A DNA stretch of 64,000 nt from positions 40,548,001 through 40,612,000 of the forward strand of contig NC_043015.1 in NCBI RefSeq assembly GCF_006345805.1, read 5' to 3'. Position numbers and translations under genes: made by a program. The stretch comes from Octopus sinensis. Taxonomy: Eukaryota. The notes beneath the pieces were generated by a model. The model was given only the letters and a program-made list of their open reading frames with translations, had not been told where the DNA came from and did not search any database. This document shows positions 13,654 through 25,057 of this stretch, piece by piece (the first letter of the stretch is position 1; the number at the start of each line of letters is the position of its first letter).

Positions 13654-13857
13654 ATGTGTGTGAACATCACAACACAATCTAAATTCCCGACATTTAGTTC
13701 ACAGAGAGAGAAGGCCAACGCCCACCCACCCACATTCGGGTGGATGAGAAACAACTTCGGTCCGGATCTGTTCCAACCACTGAACGATAACCAGATTCCC
13801 ATCCTGTCCGTCCCGACTCAAACAACCATCAATATATTCCATATCCAATATCTATAG
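13654..13857 (+). CDS. Candidate 67-aa small ORF MCVNITTQ...HPPTFGWMRNNFGPDLF... in a putative second exon
   Basis: Acceptor TTTTTTGTAG| ending 13633, A at -3 of the ATG, in-frame TAA upstream at 13642, consensus donor AAG|GTAAGC at 13240; non-repetitive sequence. No family recognised. Confidence 0.3.
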   Translation: MCVNITTQSKFPTFSSQREKANAHPPTFGWMRNNFGPDLFQPLNDNQIPILSVPTQTTINIFHIQYL

Positions 13858-14992
13858 AGATATCGATCTTTCTAGTTACCAACATTTTTCCGAGAATAAT
13901 AGTTTCGAATTTAGGTACAAAGCCAGAATTTTTTTTTTATGCGGAGTGGGGGTCGGGGGCAGTTAGTGGACTAAATCGCGCCCCGTCACTATTTCAATTA
14001 GTAAATTTTATTTACCCCCGAAAGGATGAAAGGCTAAGCTGACCTTAGTGAGATCTGAACTCAATACATAAAGGGGTAAAGAGCCGAAAGAAACGATACA
14101 AAGCATTTTGTCCGACACTCGTACGATACGACCAATCCACTGCCAACAACAACAACAACAACAATAATAATAATCATAGGATCATACATTATGGAACGTG
14201 GTTATAAATCAATTATATTGACAACCCGGGAAGGAGAAAAGGCGAAGCCGACGTCGGCGTAGTTTGAACGCAAGAACGTGACTAACATACATGATTTCTA
14301 TTTTTCGCCCTCAAGGACATTAAGCTCCGCTGAGCGAAACCACATGATGACCAGCGTGTAGGTTGTCTTCGCGGTCGACCGCCCCGCGAGACACAGAAGA
14401 CGAAAATCTCCTTCGAATCACACACCCCGCTTTATTTACGGGTAGAATGAATGGACTTGTATGTAAATGATGGTGTCTAAAGACGGCGTTGTCACGGCTG
14501 GATAGTCTCTGATCATGGGTTCTCTCGGTCAGGACTGACCTGGAGCGACAACAACAACAACAACAACAACAACTGCTACTACTACTACTATTACTACTAT
14601 CACTAAATGAAGGCGAGCGTCTTCGACCGGGAATCGAAACCGCGTGACAGAAAACAAGAACTGCTCAGAATATCTACGACGACCAAAACTTCCACCATTC
14701 TCAATAATGATAATAAAAATGATGATAATAACAGCAAAAACATCATGTGTGTATAAGTATGTATATATATATATATATATATATGTTTGTGTACGTATGT
14801 ATATATATATACATATATATATATATGTATGTTTGTGTGCGTGTGTAAATATATATATATATCCGAAAAAGTATAGAATTAAATACAAACATATACGTGC
14901 GTGTGTGCATGCAAATATATGTGTATGTGTGTATAGATATGCATGTATATATATGTATGTATATGTGTATATATATATATATAGGCACTCAC

Positions 14993-15080
14993 CGTATAAT
15001 TTAGTGTACTCCTCTATACAGACACTACAAATGCTCATAGGCGAAGATGGGATCATTGAAGAATAATCGGTACACTTCAT
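14993..15080 (-). CDS. Candidate coding exon MKCTDYSSMIPSSPMSICSVCIEEYTKLY(G)
   Basis: ATG with in-frame stop immediately upstream; donor CG|GTGAGT at 14992-14987; unique island between TA repeats. Confidence 0.2.
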
Positions 15081-15944
15081 TTAGATCGCTCTGTTTCGTC
15101 CACATATATAATTAATTTGGTTATATACGCACGCACACGTATATATATATATATATATGTTATATATATATATCCTCTGTTGTTATTGTATATCAGATAT
15201 AGATATATAAAGATTTATATATCTATGAGTGTATAATGTACAAGCCGAATGTAAATTCAGCTACACACACACACCTCTATATATGTGTATAGTAATACAT
15301 GTATGAATATATATATATATGTGTATATGGTCGTGCGTGCGTATGTGTAGATGAGTGCGTACGTGTGTGTGTGTGTGCGTGTGTTAAAGATGCTTGCGAA
15401 CGTATGTGTGCGGCAGCGGTGGTGGTGAAACAGATGCGAGGCAAATATAGATTTACAAATAAAGCAAGCAGGGAGGGAGAGAAAGAGATAGATAGAGAGT
15501 TGTGACGGGGGGGCAACGATGAGCTGTAGATGGATAGGAGGAGGAAGAGGAGGAGGAGCAGCAGTAGGAGCAGGAGGAAGGGGAGGAAGGAAGGAAGGAG
15601 AGTAAGAGAAGAGAGAGGGCTGGTTTGGTGAAGGGAGAAAAAAAGGATGTAGTAGGAAGAGGAAGCGATAGAGAGAGTGAGAGATAGATAGATAGAAAGA
15701 CGGAGGGAAGTACAGTCATAGTCTGTCTGTCTCTCTGTCTCTCTCTCTCACACAGAGAAGGGTGAGCGAAGTCAGATGGCTCTCGGCAGTCGGTGGTAGC
15801 ACACATGATGATAATAATAATAAAAGTAGCAGTAGTAGTGGTAGTGGTGGTGGTGCGGCGGTGGTGGTGGTGGCGGCGGTGGTGGTGGTGGAAAACAGCC
15901 GACTTATTTCACGGCTATAATACTAAGTAAAAAAAAAAATGTAG

Positions 15945-15980
<36 letters not shown>

Positions 15981-16490
15981 CCACCGTGATCTGTGTTTGA
16001 CAGATGGAGCGAGGGTGAGGAGAAGAGGAGGGAGTCGCAAATTTGGTGATGGTGGCGGCGGCGGTCTTAGTAGAGTAGAGGGGGGAAAGGGTTAGGGGAG
16101 GCGGTCCTCTGGCTTGGTGTGTGTGTGTGTGGGGGGAATCGGGTGGAATGCGGCAGTGCAACAGAAAAGGGTGGAGAGAGAGTGTGTGTGTGTACGCACG
16201 GGAGGGACGGGGGAGCAACGGTGGGACCCTTATAGCAGAGGAAAAACGAAAGAGACAGAGAGAAAGAGAGAGAGAGAAGGAAAACGAAAGAACTATAAAC
16301 AAAGTGAATGAGAGGTAGGCCTGTGTGTGTGTGTGGTATGTGTAACTGACCAGTAAAACTTCACACACACACACACACAGTCACTATCGGTCTTTTCCCT
16401 GTAAAAAAGACTATGTACTCTAAAAAAAAATTGAGTCATCCTTCATTTTAATGTTGAATTGTGGTTATAATATATCAACATATATATATA

Positions 16491-16646
16491 GTGACTGTGT
16501 GGTAAGTAGCTTGTTTACCAACCACATGGTTCCGGGTTCAGTCCCACTGCGTGGCATCTTGGGCAAGTGTCTTCTACTATAGCCCCGAGCCGACCAATGC
16601 CTTGTGAGTGGATTTGGTAGATGGAAACTGAAAGAAGCCCGTCGTA

Positions 16647-16717
<71 letters not shown>

Positions 16718-16926
16718 GCGTGTGTGTGTTTGTCCCCCTAGCATTGCTTGACAACCGATGCTGGTGTGTTTGTGTCCCCGTCACTTAGCGGTTCGGCAAA
16801 AAACACCGATAGAATAAGTACTGGGCTTACAAAAAGAATAAGTCCTGGGGTCGATTTGCTCGATTAAAGGCGGTGCTCCAGCATGGCCGCAGTCACATGA
16901 CTGAAACAAGTAAAAGAGTAAAAGAG
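16491..16926 (+). mobile_element. SINE family A with expanded internal (TA)n
   Basis: Head to GTAAAAGAG tail. Confidence 0.9.
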
Positions 16927-17083
16927 AATATATATACACACACACACACACATATGTGTATAGTAGGATAAGGAAAAGAAAGTCCTTGGTATAGTATTGT
17001 CTTTTCTGGTAATTTTTCCACTTTAAATAATTAGATGTTTGGATATAATCTATATACATATATTTTAAATTTATATATACATG

Positions 17084-17463
17084 CTCTTGTTTCAATCATT
17101 TGACTGCGGCCATGCTGGAGCACCGCCTTTTTTAGTCGAACAAATCGACCCCCCCCCCAGGACTCATTCCTTGTAAGCCTAGTACTTATTCTATCGGTCT
17201 CTTTTGTCGAACTGCTACATTACGGGGACGTAAACACACCAGCATCGGTTGTCAAGCGATGGTGCTGGGAGGACAAACACACACACACACACACATACAT
17301 ACAATGTTTTTCGGGTTTTTTTCAGTTCTCGTCAGCCAAATCCACTCACAAATCTTTTGGTCGGCCGGCCCGAGGTTATAGTAAGAAGACACTTGTGCCA
17401 CGCAGTGGGACTGAACCCAGAATTATATGGGTTAGAAGGAAGCTTCTTACCACACAGCCACTC
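17084..17463 (-). mobile_element. SINE family A, diverged
   Basis: Tail and head recognisable; tail-to-tail with the 16491 copy. Confidence 0.85.
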
Positions 17464-17468
17464 TTGCA

Positions 17469-17556
<88 letters not shown>

Positions 17557-18750
17557 CGTATGCAAATCGCCACCACCCATCTTGAAGTCGCTACGAAGCT
17601 TCTTTCTTTCTCTTCGCAACTGATGTACGTGTGTGTGTATGTATATGTGTGTGTCTGTGTATCTGTTAATGTATGTATGTGTGTGTGTGTGTATGAGACT
17701 GCACGCAAAAACGCCTGCTTCTCAAAAGTGCAGTCCACTGTTTGGAACAGCATTCAAACCGGTTGGCCAGTGTGCGTGTGTGTGCGCGCGCAAACTCTCT
17801 CTCCCTCTCACTCCCCCTCTCTCTCTTTCTCTCTCTCTCTCTTTCGCCCTCTTCACCATTTTCCACGTCCGTCTCCTGTTCTGTCTCATCGGGTTTTTCG
17901 TGAATGAAATGACAATCCGCGCGCGCCCGCACACACGCAATTAAAAGCGCAACAGACTCGCCGCTACAAACCGACTCTACACCTCCCTCCACACGGTACC
18001 CCTGGTACCCGTTTACAGCTTGCTGGGACTGTCAGGACTCGGTGAGATTAATGACAGACCGATGTGGTTAATGTTTACTTTAATCACTGTTAAGTCGATA
18101 TCGGCAGGAACAACCGAAGACTAAACAGAAAGTTTCTACCGGAAGGGTCAGGTTGTGGGGGTGACACGGGGTGGTCAGTCAGTATATGGGTGGTGGAGGT
18201 GGGGGTCGAATGTAACTGGGTGGAGGGGGCTTGTTGAATAAGAAGAACAAAAGGCCAGCGTCGTAGGGAGGGGAGAAGAAAGACAGTCCGTGGGCCAAAG
18301 AATGTGGGGTGTTAGTGAATGCATCATGGCTTAATCCTAAGTGGACCCTTTAAGGGGTTCGATCGCTTAACTGAAGGAGCACTGTCCTAAATGTGGGACC
18401 AGCGTTGTACCAACGGGGCCATTCAACTTTGATGACTGGGCTTAATTATTTTCTGGCTCCAAAGACGAATGCTACTCCTTTAGGGACCATGTAAGGGTCG
18501 AGCTGAGAGACAGTGGTTTGACCAATGTATGGTTTCAGCTGTGTTAGTCATGTGTGGATAGTGTGGAGCACAAGACTGTTTCTTTGACCTTTGCGTAGTC
18601 ATTGCAGTTTTTTTTTTTATATACTAAAAGAGGGACTGAATTTATCGTGGACCCTTTGAAAGGTGTTGTCAATGTCCTTGTTTATAGAAACAGGGTTTGG
18701 TGCGAAATGTCTACATTAGGGGCAGGAATGTAGTGCGGTAATGTCTGCAT

Positions 18751-18891
18751 TAAGACTTTGCCTTTCATCCTTTCGGGGTCGAAAAATTAAGTACCAGTTA
18801 CGCACTGGGGTCGATGTAATCGACTTAATCTGTTTGTCTGTCCTTGTTTGTCCCCCTCTGTGTTTAGCCCCTTCTGGGTCGTAAAGAAATA
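18751..18891 (+). mobile_element. SINE family B, 5'-truncated, 14-bp TSD
   Basis: GACTTTGCCTTTCATCCTTTCGGGGTCG...GTAAAGAAATA; TSD GGTAATGTCTGCAT at 18737-18750 and 18892-18905. Confidence 0.9.
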
Positions 18892-19011
18892 GGTAATGTC
18901 TGCATAAGGGTGTGTGTGAGAAGTGACAGTAACTAGGGATAGAAAAACTATGGGAGACGTTACCGAATGTTAAGGGCACACAAAAATTGATAGCGGGAAT
19001 CAAAGAGAGAC

Positions 19012-19049
<38 letters not shown>

Positions 19050-19192
19050 GTATAGAACACGCTTCAACGGCACAGTCGAATCTAACACGAAGTTTTCCAA
19101 TCCGAAAGGACAAAGAGCAAACGATGTAGAGACCATGGTGAAGATGGGGGTTATTTTGGAGATGTTCTCGAGCTGGAGGGCACACGGTTTTG

Positions 19193-19579
19193 TTACTCTT
19201 TGTTACTCTTTTTACTCATTTGACTGCGGCCATGCTGGAGCACCGCCTTTAATCGAGCAACTCGACCCCGGGACTTATTCTTTTGTAAGCCCAGTACTTA
19301 TTCTATCGGTCTCCTTTGCCGAACCGCCAAGTAACGGGGACATAAACACACCAGCATCGGTTGTCAAGCAATGCTAGGGGGACAAACACAGACACACAAA
19401 CGCACATATACATATACGACGGGCTTCTTTTCAGTTTCCGTCTACCAAATCCACTCACAAGGCTTTGGTCGGCCGAGGTTATGGCTATAGCAGAAGACAC
19501 TTGCCCAAGGTGCCACGCAGTGGGACTGAACTCGGAACCATGTGGTTGGTAAGCAAGCTACTAACCACACAACCACTCC
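19193..19579 (-). mobile_element. SINE family A, full length
   Basis: Same consensus as the other A copies. Confidence 0.9.
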
Positions 19580-19851
19580 TGCGCTGTTGATGGTAATTAT
19601 GATACAACGGTTTTAATTTCATCGAAGTTCCCAAAACCGATGGATCATTGGATGACAAACAAAGTACCCCTCATGGTACCTATTTATATTAAATCGAATT
19701 ATACTTTTCTTTGCAAAACCTTTAAAGCGCAAACTGGAAAGAACACTTCTTCATGGCACCCAACTACAGGGAGGTGGCATGAATATCTCCTACATTCTAC
19801 CCATTTACAGCAAATTAGGGTGAATACTTCCCACATGGTATCTATTGTAAA

Positions 19852-20086
19852 AGGCGGCGAGGTGGCAGAAACGTTAGCACGCCGGGCGAAATGCTTAGCG
19901 GTATTTTTTGTCTGTCGTTACGTTCTGAGTTCAAATTCCGCCGAGGTCGACTTTGCCTTTCATCCTTTCGGGGTCGATAAATTAAGTACCAGTCACGCAC
20001 TGGAGTCGATGTAATCGACTTAATACCTATGTCTGTCCTTGTTTGTCTCCTCTATGTTTAGCCCCTTGTGGGTAATAAAGAAATAT
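19852..20086 (+). mobile_element. SINE family B, full length, 14-bp TSD
   Basis: Head GGCGGCGAGGTGGCAGAAACGTTAGCAC, B-box-like GAGTTCAAATTCC, tail AATAAAGAAATA; TSD GTATCTATTGTAAA at 19838-19851 and 20087-20100. Confidence 0.92.
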
Positions 20087-20105
20087 GTATCTATTGTAAA
20101 CTGAA

Positions 20106-20504
20106 GGAGTGGCTGTGTGGTAAGTAGCTTGCTTACCAACCACATGGTTCCGGGTTCAGTCCCACTGCGTGGCATCTTGGGCTATAGCCTCGGGCCCACC
20201 AATGCCTTGTGAGTGGATTTGGTAGACGGAAACTGAAAGAAGCCTGTCGTATATATATATATATATATATAAGTGTGTGTGTATATATTTGTGTGTCTGT
20301 GTTTGTTCCCCTAGCATTGCTTGACAACCGATGCTGGTGTGTTTACGTCCCCGTCACTTAGCGGTTCGGCAAAAGTGACCGATAGAATAAGTACTAGGCT
20401 TACAAGGAATAAGTCCCAGGGTCGATTTGCTCGACTAAAGGCGGTGCTCCAGCATGGCCGCAGTCAAATGACTGAAACAAGTAAAAGAGTAAAAAAAAAA
20501 GAGT
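20106..20504 (+). mobile_element. SINE family A, full length
   Basis: GGAGTGGCTGTGTGGTAAG...GTAAAAGAGTAAAAAAAAAAGAGTA. Confidence 0.9.
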
Positions 20505-20974
20505 ATATATTTCTTCATTGTACTTTTAGAAAGCACATGGTACCTATTTAGATCGAGCTGAATTGTATACTTCTTCAATGTATATATTTACAATTGACTC
20601 AGCTGAGACAGCACTAATAACTACACTAAAATCCCCACGGTGAACAAAAGGAGGAGGGTAGTGTTTCGTGACAAGAAATCGGTCCGTTGCAGGTAACGCC
20701 CTCAATAGCTCTCAAAGTGAATCGAGTGCAAATTGCGGATGTTGTTCTGCTCCAGAAAATACTCACAACAGATTTCAGCTATTTGCTTCAGTGCAACCGA
20801 GTGACGTTGGTAGGATATGAACTGGAAACACTCGGAACGTGAGTGAGTCTGTCGCTCTCACACCTTTACTAACTGAGCCAACGCAGAGCCGAGACCGTGA
20901 CGGTGAGGACAGCGGAACTCGTGGTGTGTGTGTGTGTGGTGGTGTGTGTGTGCCTGTGCCTGTTGGTTTTAAAT

Positions 20975-21130
20975 GTTGGCACAAGGCCAGCAACTTTAGG
21001 GGGAAGAGGTAAGTCGATTTCATTGACTGCCCCCACCCCCACCAAGTGTTCAACTGGTATTTATTTTATCGGCCCCGAAAGGGTGAAAAGTTAAAGTCAA
21101 CCTCGGCGGAATCTGAACTCAGAACATAAA
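20975..21130 (-). mobile_element. SINE family B variant (different 3' tail)
   Basis: CCCCGAAAGGGTGAAAAGTTAAAGTCAACCTCGGCGGAATCTGAACTCAGAAC; related copies at 22456 and 46160. Confidence 0.7.
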
Positions 21131-21768
21131 GACTTCAAATGTATAAATATTGAGTAAGGGAGGAGGGAGGAACCCATAGAAAAGCGCACTGCATGACGTG
21201 AACACACATACACACATACACACACACACAAACACACACAAACACACACACATCTGCAAGCAAGCGCGCAGTAGTCACGATTCTTCGAAACTGGTTGGGC
21301 TTACACAACATCCACTCGGTCATTCCTGACCGAACCACACTCTCTCTCTCCCCTTCTTTCTCTCTCTCTCTCTCCTTTTCCCCTCTCTCTCCCCTTCTTT
21401 ATCTCTCCTTTCCCTCCCCTCTCTCCCTCTCCTTTCTCTCTCCCCATCTCTGTTGCTGATTTCCAAAGATTCAGAACGGACAGCAATGTCGCCAGTTTCA
21501 TCGACCTAGACACAGGAAGGGGGCTGATGGCCCCTGCCTTCCAGAACCCGCAAATAAATAAAAATAAATAAATAAATAAATGTAATGCAAAAAAAAAAAA
21601 ACGTAAATCAGCTGAGATTATCCTCGTGATATGAAAACAGAACCTCCCTTTAGTTGATATTGAAATGTTATAAGTACGAAACAAGAGCGGCAACCTTTAG
21701 CAGATCAGCTGATCCCTATTTAGGGATAATTTGAGAAATGCACTAACAAGTGGTTCTTGTATTTGCAG

Positions 21769-21904
21769 TTCACTGGAGTGTTGGTAGGGGCGACATGTTT
21801 TGATATTGTTAAAGCTACGACTGGAGACAGGTGAATATGATTAGCTGATGAGGTGTAACTAGATTGAAACATATTCCATTTTTTTTTTCTTCAGATGGTC
21901 ATAA
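21769..21904 (+). CDS. Candidate two-exon coding end FTGVLVGATCFDIVKATTGD-R-WS* (exons 21769-21830 and 21895-21904), or spliced lncRNA exons
   Basis: Branch point CACTAAC (21741), acceptor TTCTTGTATTTGCAG|, donor CAG|GTGAAT, 64-nt intron ending T-tract CTTCAG|; only one frame is open across the first exon. Confidence 0.35.
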
Positions 21905-22132
21905 ACACCAGATCCATTCTTAACTGCATCGTTTTAGCCTTAACTTCTTAAAAATAACTAAAAAATGGATTGGCTGATATGCAAGTTACGTCCCATGTTT
22001 GCTACTGTTTTTTTAAAGATTTGAACACGCCTAAAAGGAGTTTCTGTTAACCAATTACGAGAATAATCTCAGTCGGAGATTCATTATTATAAATTTCTTT
22101 TATGTCATAAAAATTACTAGAGACATTCGAAG

Positions 22133-22205
22133 GACTGTTTTGGTCCAATGGTAGAACGTCTGACATGTTTAGAAAAGATATGGGTTCGAGTCGTACGAGC
22201 CGTAT
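22133..22205 (+). pseudogene. tRNA-like (pol III A/B box) relic or SINE head
   Basis: TGGTCCAATGGTAGA (A-box-like), GGGTTCGAGTC (B-box-like), T-run shortly after; cloverleaf not intact. Confidence 0.45.
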
Positions 22206-22455
22206 TCGACTTTTTCTATCCAAAAGGGTTTTTTTAACCTAATATTTACTGGCTGTTATTTATAGCTTTATCTGCTTCGAGTTCGACCGTTAGAAAGGAA
22301 TTATTACTATGTATGTTGTTAGAGAGACAGATAAGCGCGTGCAGAACGGTGAAGAGAAGTGTATATGGGTGTTCGAGTGTTGTAGGTTAGCGATGTATAA
22401 GATGGGCGGATTTAGGGAGAGATGAAAGCGGAGGGGGGAAGAATCTTTTCTGCTC

Positions 22456-22577
22456 TAGGCACAAGGTCCGAAATTTGGGGGGAGGGGGCAAGTCGATGAG
22501 ATCGATTCCAGTACGCAACTGGTACTTAATTTATCGACCCCGAAAGGATGAAAGACAAAGTCGACCTCGGCGGAATT
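22456..22577 (-). mobile_element. SINE family B variant fragment
   Basis: TGGTACTTAATTTATCGACCCCGAAAGGATGAAAGACAAAGTCGACCTCGGCGGAATT. Confidence 0.8.
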
Positions 22578-23046
22578 GCGGAGGGGGGAAGAATAAGAAG
22601 AAAAAAGAGCAAGAGAAAATGGGGGGTGGGGACCAAGAACTGTGGGGTGTTTCACAGACGGAGAGTGAGAGGGAGAGAGAAATATGAGTGAGAAGGAGAG
22701 TGAAATATGAGAGGGAGGGAGACAGAGAGAGAAATATGAATGTGAGAAAGAGTGACAGAGAGAGAGAGAGAGAGAGAGAGAAATATGAGAGGGAAGGAAG
22801 GAGACACAGAGAGAATATGAATGAGAGAGGAAGGAGAGAGAGGGAGAGAGAGGTGAGTGTAAGATACCTCAGAGGGCGTGTCCCAAAAACAGATACACAT
22901 AACATCGAGTCGAAAAACTTCTAGCTACAGAGGTTATCCACGCAATTAGTAGACAAAAACTCCCTCCAGAGTTGATGGTGCTGCTTGTTGTTTAACTCCA
23001 CGATAACCTTGATTCAGTAAGACCGACCACCCATTGCTATCTGTGT

Positions 23047-23300
23047 CCCAGGTTCAGTCCCACTGCGTGGCACCTTGGGCAGCCTCAGGCTGACCAAAAC
23101 CTTGTGAGCAGATTTGGTAGACGGAAACTGAAAGAAGCCCGTCGTGTATTGATTTGATTTGATTTTTCCAGTTTCAGCTTATGAGCTGCGGCCATGCTGG
23201 GGCACCGCCATTTTGTATATATGTATTATATATATTTGTGTCTGTGTTTGTCCCCTAACCATCGCTTGACAACCGATATTGGTGTGTTTACGTCCCCGTT
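23047..23300. mobile_element. Rearranged SINE family A fragments (both orientations)
   Basis: Plus-strand head fragment 23047-23145 followed by minus-strand tail and body fragments. Confidence 0.7.
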
Positions 23301-23472
23301 CTTATTTATGAATGTGTTGCAAGATCCCTGATGTGAGGTCGCGTGTTGAAACAGATATTGTATTTCAGGATGATCTTTTTTCTTTTTGGAGTGCGGGGGG
23401 GGGGTTAAACACACGCACTGTATATTCGTCCTTCACTCATTTATTACTGTTTTTATTCTAACTCATGTCCAT

Positions 23473-23517
23473 TGTCCGGAATTCTTTCGTCACACGTCTG
23501 TGACCTCTTCAGCGACA
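23473..23517 (-). ncRNA. Candidate minimal type-I hammerhead ribozyme (CUGAAGA core)
   Basis: Minus strand UGUCG-CUGAAGA-G-GUCACA[GACG]UGUGAC-GAAA-GAAUUC-CGGACA. Confidence 0.5.
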
Positions 23518-23620
23518 CTTTCCGTCTTCGAGTGTCACAGATGAGTGACGAAAGATTTCCGGACAATGCGTGTGTATATTTGGAAAAAAAAATGATCGTC
23601 CCGAAATACAATATATATAT

Positions 23621-23755
23621 AAAGTTAATCCAAACATGAAAACACAAAGAGAAAACACAACAACGCGAGGACGTGGAACAAGTATAGTGTTAATGGACGC
23701 TCAGGAAAGAAGGAGGGTTTAACGTTTCGAGCGGAGCTCTTCGTCGGAAACATAC
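23621..23755 (-). mobile_element. Repeat family D (hammerhead-bearing, (TA)n-flanked), copy 1
   Basis: AAGTTAATCCAAACA...GAGGACGTGGAACA...GGGTTTAACGTTTCGAGCGGAGCTCTTCGTCGGAAACATA; homologues at 32972, 36250, 50548. Confidence 0.85.
23717..23751 (-). ncRNA. Candidate minimal type-I hammerhead (U4C core variant)
   Basis: GUUU-CCGACGA-A-GAGC[UCC]GCUC-GAAACGUU-AAAC: stem I GUUU/AAAC, stem II GAGC/GCUC, palindromic AACGUU stem III. Confidence 0.5.
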
Positions 23756-23828
23756 TCATGGTTTAAGTTCTATTTATTTTTCCTGTTTGCATCTCCAAAC
23801 CTGAACAATTTTATGTATGTATGCATGT

Positions 23829-23955
23829 GATGGGGGGGGGTGCTGAAGAATTCCTGGCTTTGGATAAAAGAAAATACAGGAGAATCGGTTATGATGCGAT
23901 TCGACATATTCTCCTTCTCGGGTTCACACTGTTATTGCAGCGGTCCTTCAGCCAG
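23829..23955 (-). mobile_element. Mariner-like right-end fragment
   Basis: GGGGTGCTGAAGAATTCCTGGCTTTGG...CGACATATTCTCC matches the inverted right end of the 60093-60316 element. Confidence 0.6.
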
Positions 23956-23973
23956 GCCTTTCGTGGTAGCCTC

Positions 23974-24049
<76 letters not shown>

Positions 24050-24051
24050 GG

Positions 24052-24238
24052 TATTAATTCGTCTGCCGCTACGTTCTGAGTTCAAAGTCCGCCGAGGTCG
24101 ACTTTGCCTTTCATCCTTTCGGGGGTCGATAAATTAAGTACCAGTTACGCACTGGAGTCGATGTAATCGACTTAATCCGTTCGTCTGTCCTTGTTTGTCC
24201 CCCTCTATGTTTAGCTCCTTGTAGGCAATAAAGAAATA
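24052..24238 (+). mobile_element. SINE family B, 5'-truncated
   Basis: GTCTGCCGCTACGTTCTGAGTTCAAAG...CAATAAAGAAATA. Confidence 0.88.
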
Positions 24239-24825
24239 TATACATATCTGGTGAAAATAGCGGCATTAGATAACCAAATGTCTCACGAAAGAGTATATAC
24301 ACTCGCACGAACGTGTGTGTGAGCATATCATACATACATACATACATACATGCATGCATATTAAACGGTTTAACTGTTTCTAGGGGGAGGATGCGGTTAA
24401 CAAGTGTCCCCCCACCCAATCCGCTAGTTGAATATGGAAACAGGATAATTCCAATATCCAAGACTTTAGCAAAGTCTGCTACAAAACTGGACATCGAACA
24501 TTTGGCGTTGAGTTGTTTGTTATGATGGGGAAGAGTCCATGCTTTTAAAGCCTAGCAGACAAGGAAGATAGGGGAGGATTCCATATATTGGTTAAAAGAA
24601 TGTGAGAGGGAGGGAGAGAGAAGGAGAGGGAGAGAAGGAGAGTGAGACAGACAGACAGACAGACAGGGAGTATTTGAGTATGAGAGAAAAGGTCCTACTC
24701 TAGGGAGTGTGAGAAAGTGCGAGTCTGAGAGAGAGAGAGAGAGAGAGAGAGTGAAAAACGCGATAGTGGAGATTAAAAGAGAGGCATGATTGTCACAACG
24801 TCCCATTATCGACCGGCACTATAAA

Positions 24826-25057
24826 AGGTACTACTAGCGAACAGTGGTCCCGGTGCGCGCATCCGCGCTAGCTAGTCAGTCGTGACTAGTCGATCCTACA
24901 ACGACTACCCGAGCAAAGTAAATAAAACACAAAATAATAATTTTTGTTAAACAAAATAAATAAAACAAAACCACAAAGTAAGGGTCGACTAGTTATGACT
25001 AGCTGGCGCAGATGCGCGACTGCGCGCACCGGGACCACTGTTCGCTAGTAGTACCTG
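24826..25057. mobile_element. MITE with perfect 36-bp TIRs, probable hAT superfamily
   Basis: AGGTACTACTAGCGAACAGTGGTCCCGGTGCGCGCA (24826-24861) and its exact reverse complement (25021-25056); inner imperfect inverted repeats; CTATAAAA on both flanks (8-bp TSD-like). Confidence 0.85.

Noticed and set aside
20767-20821. Minus-strand exon-like segment FISYQRHSVALKQIAEIC
   Set aside because: Overlaps the plus-strand candidate exon and does not join in frame with neighbouring minus-strand candidates.
21844-21875. CTGATGA...GAAA hammerhead-like spacing inside the 64-nt intron
   Set aside because: Stem II does not pair convincingly and there is no stem I.
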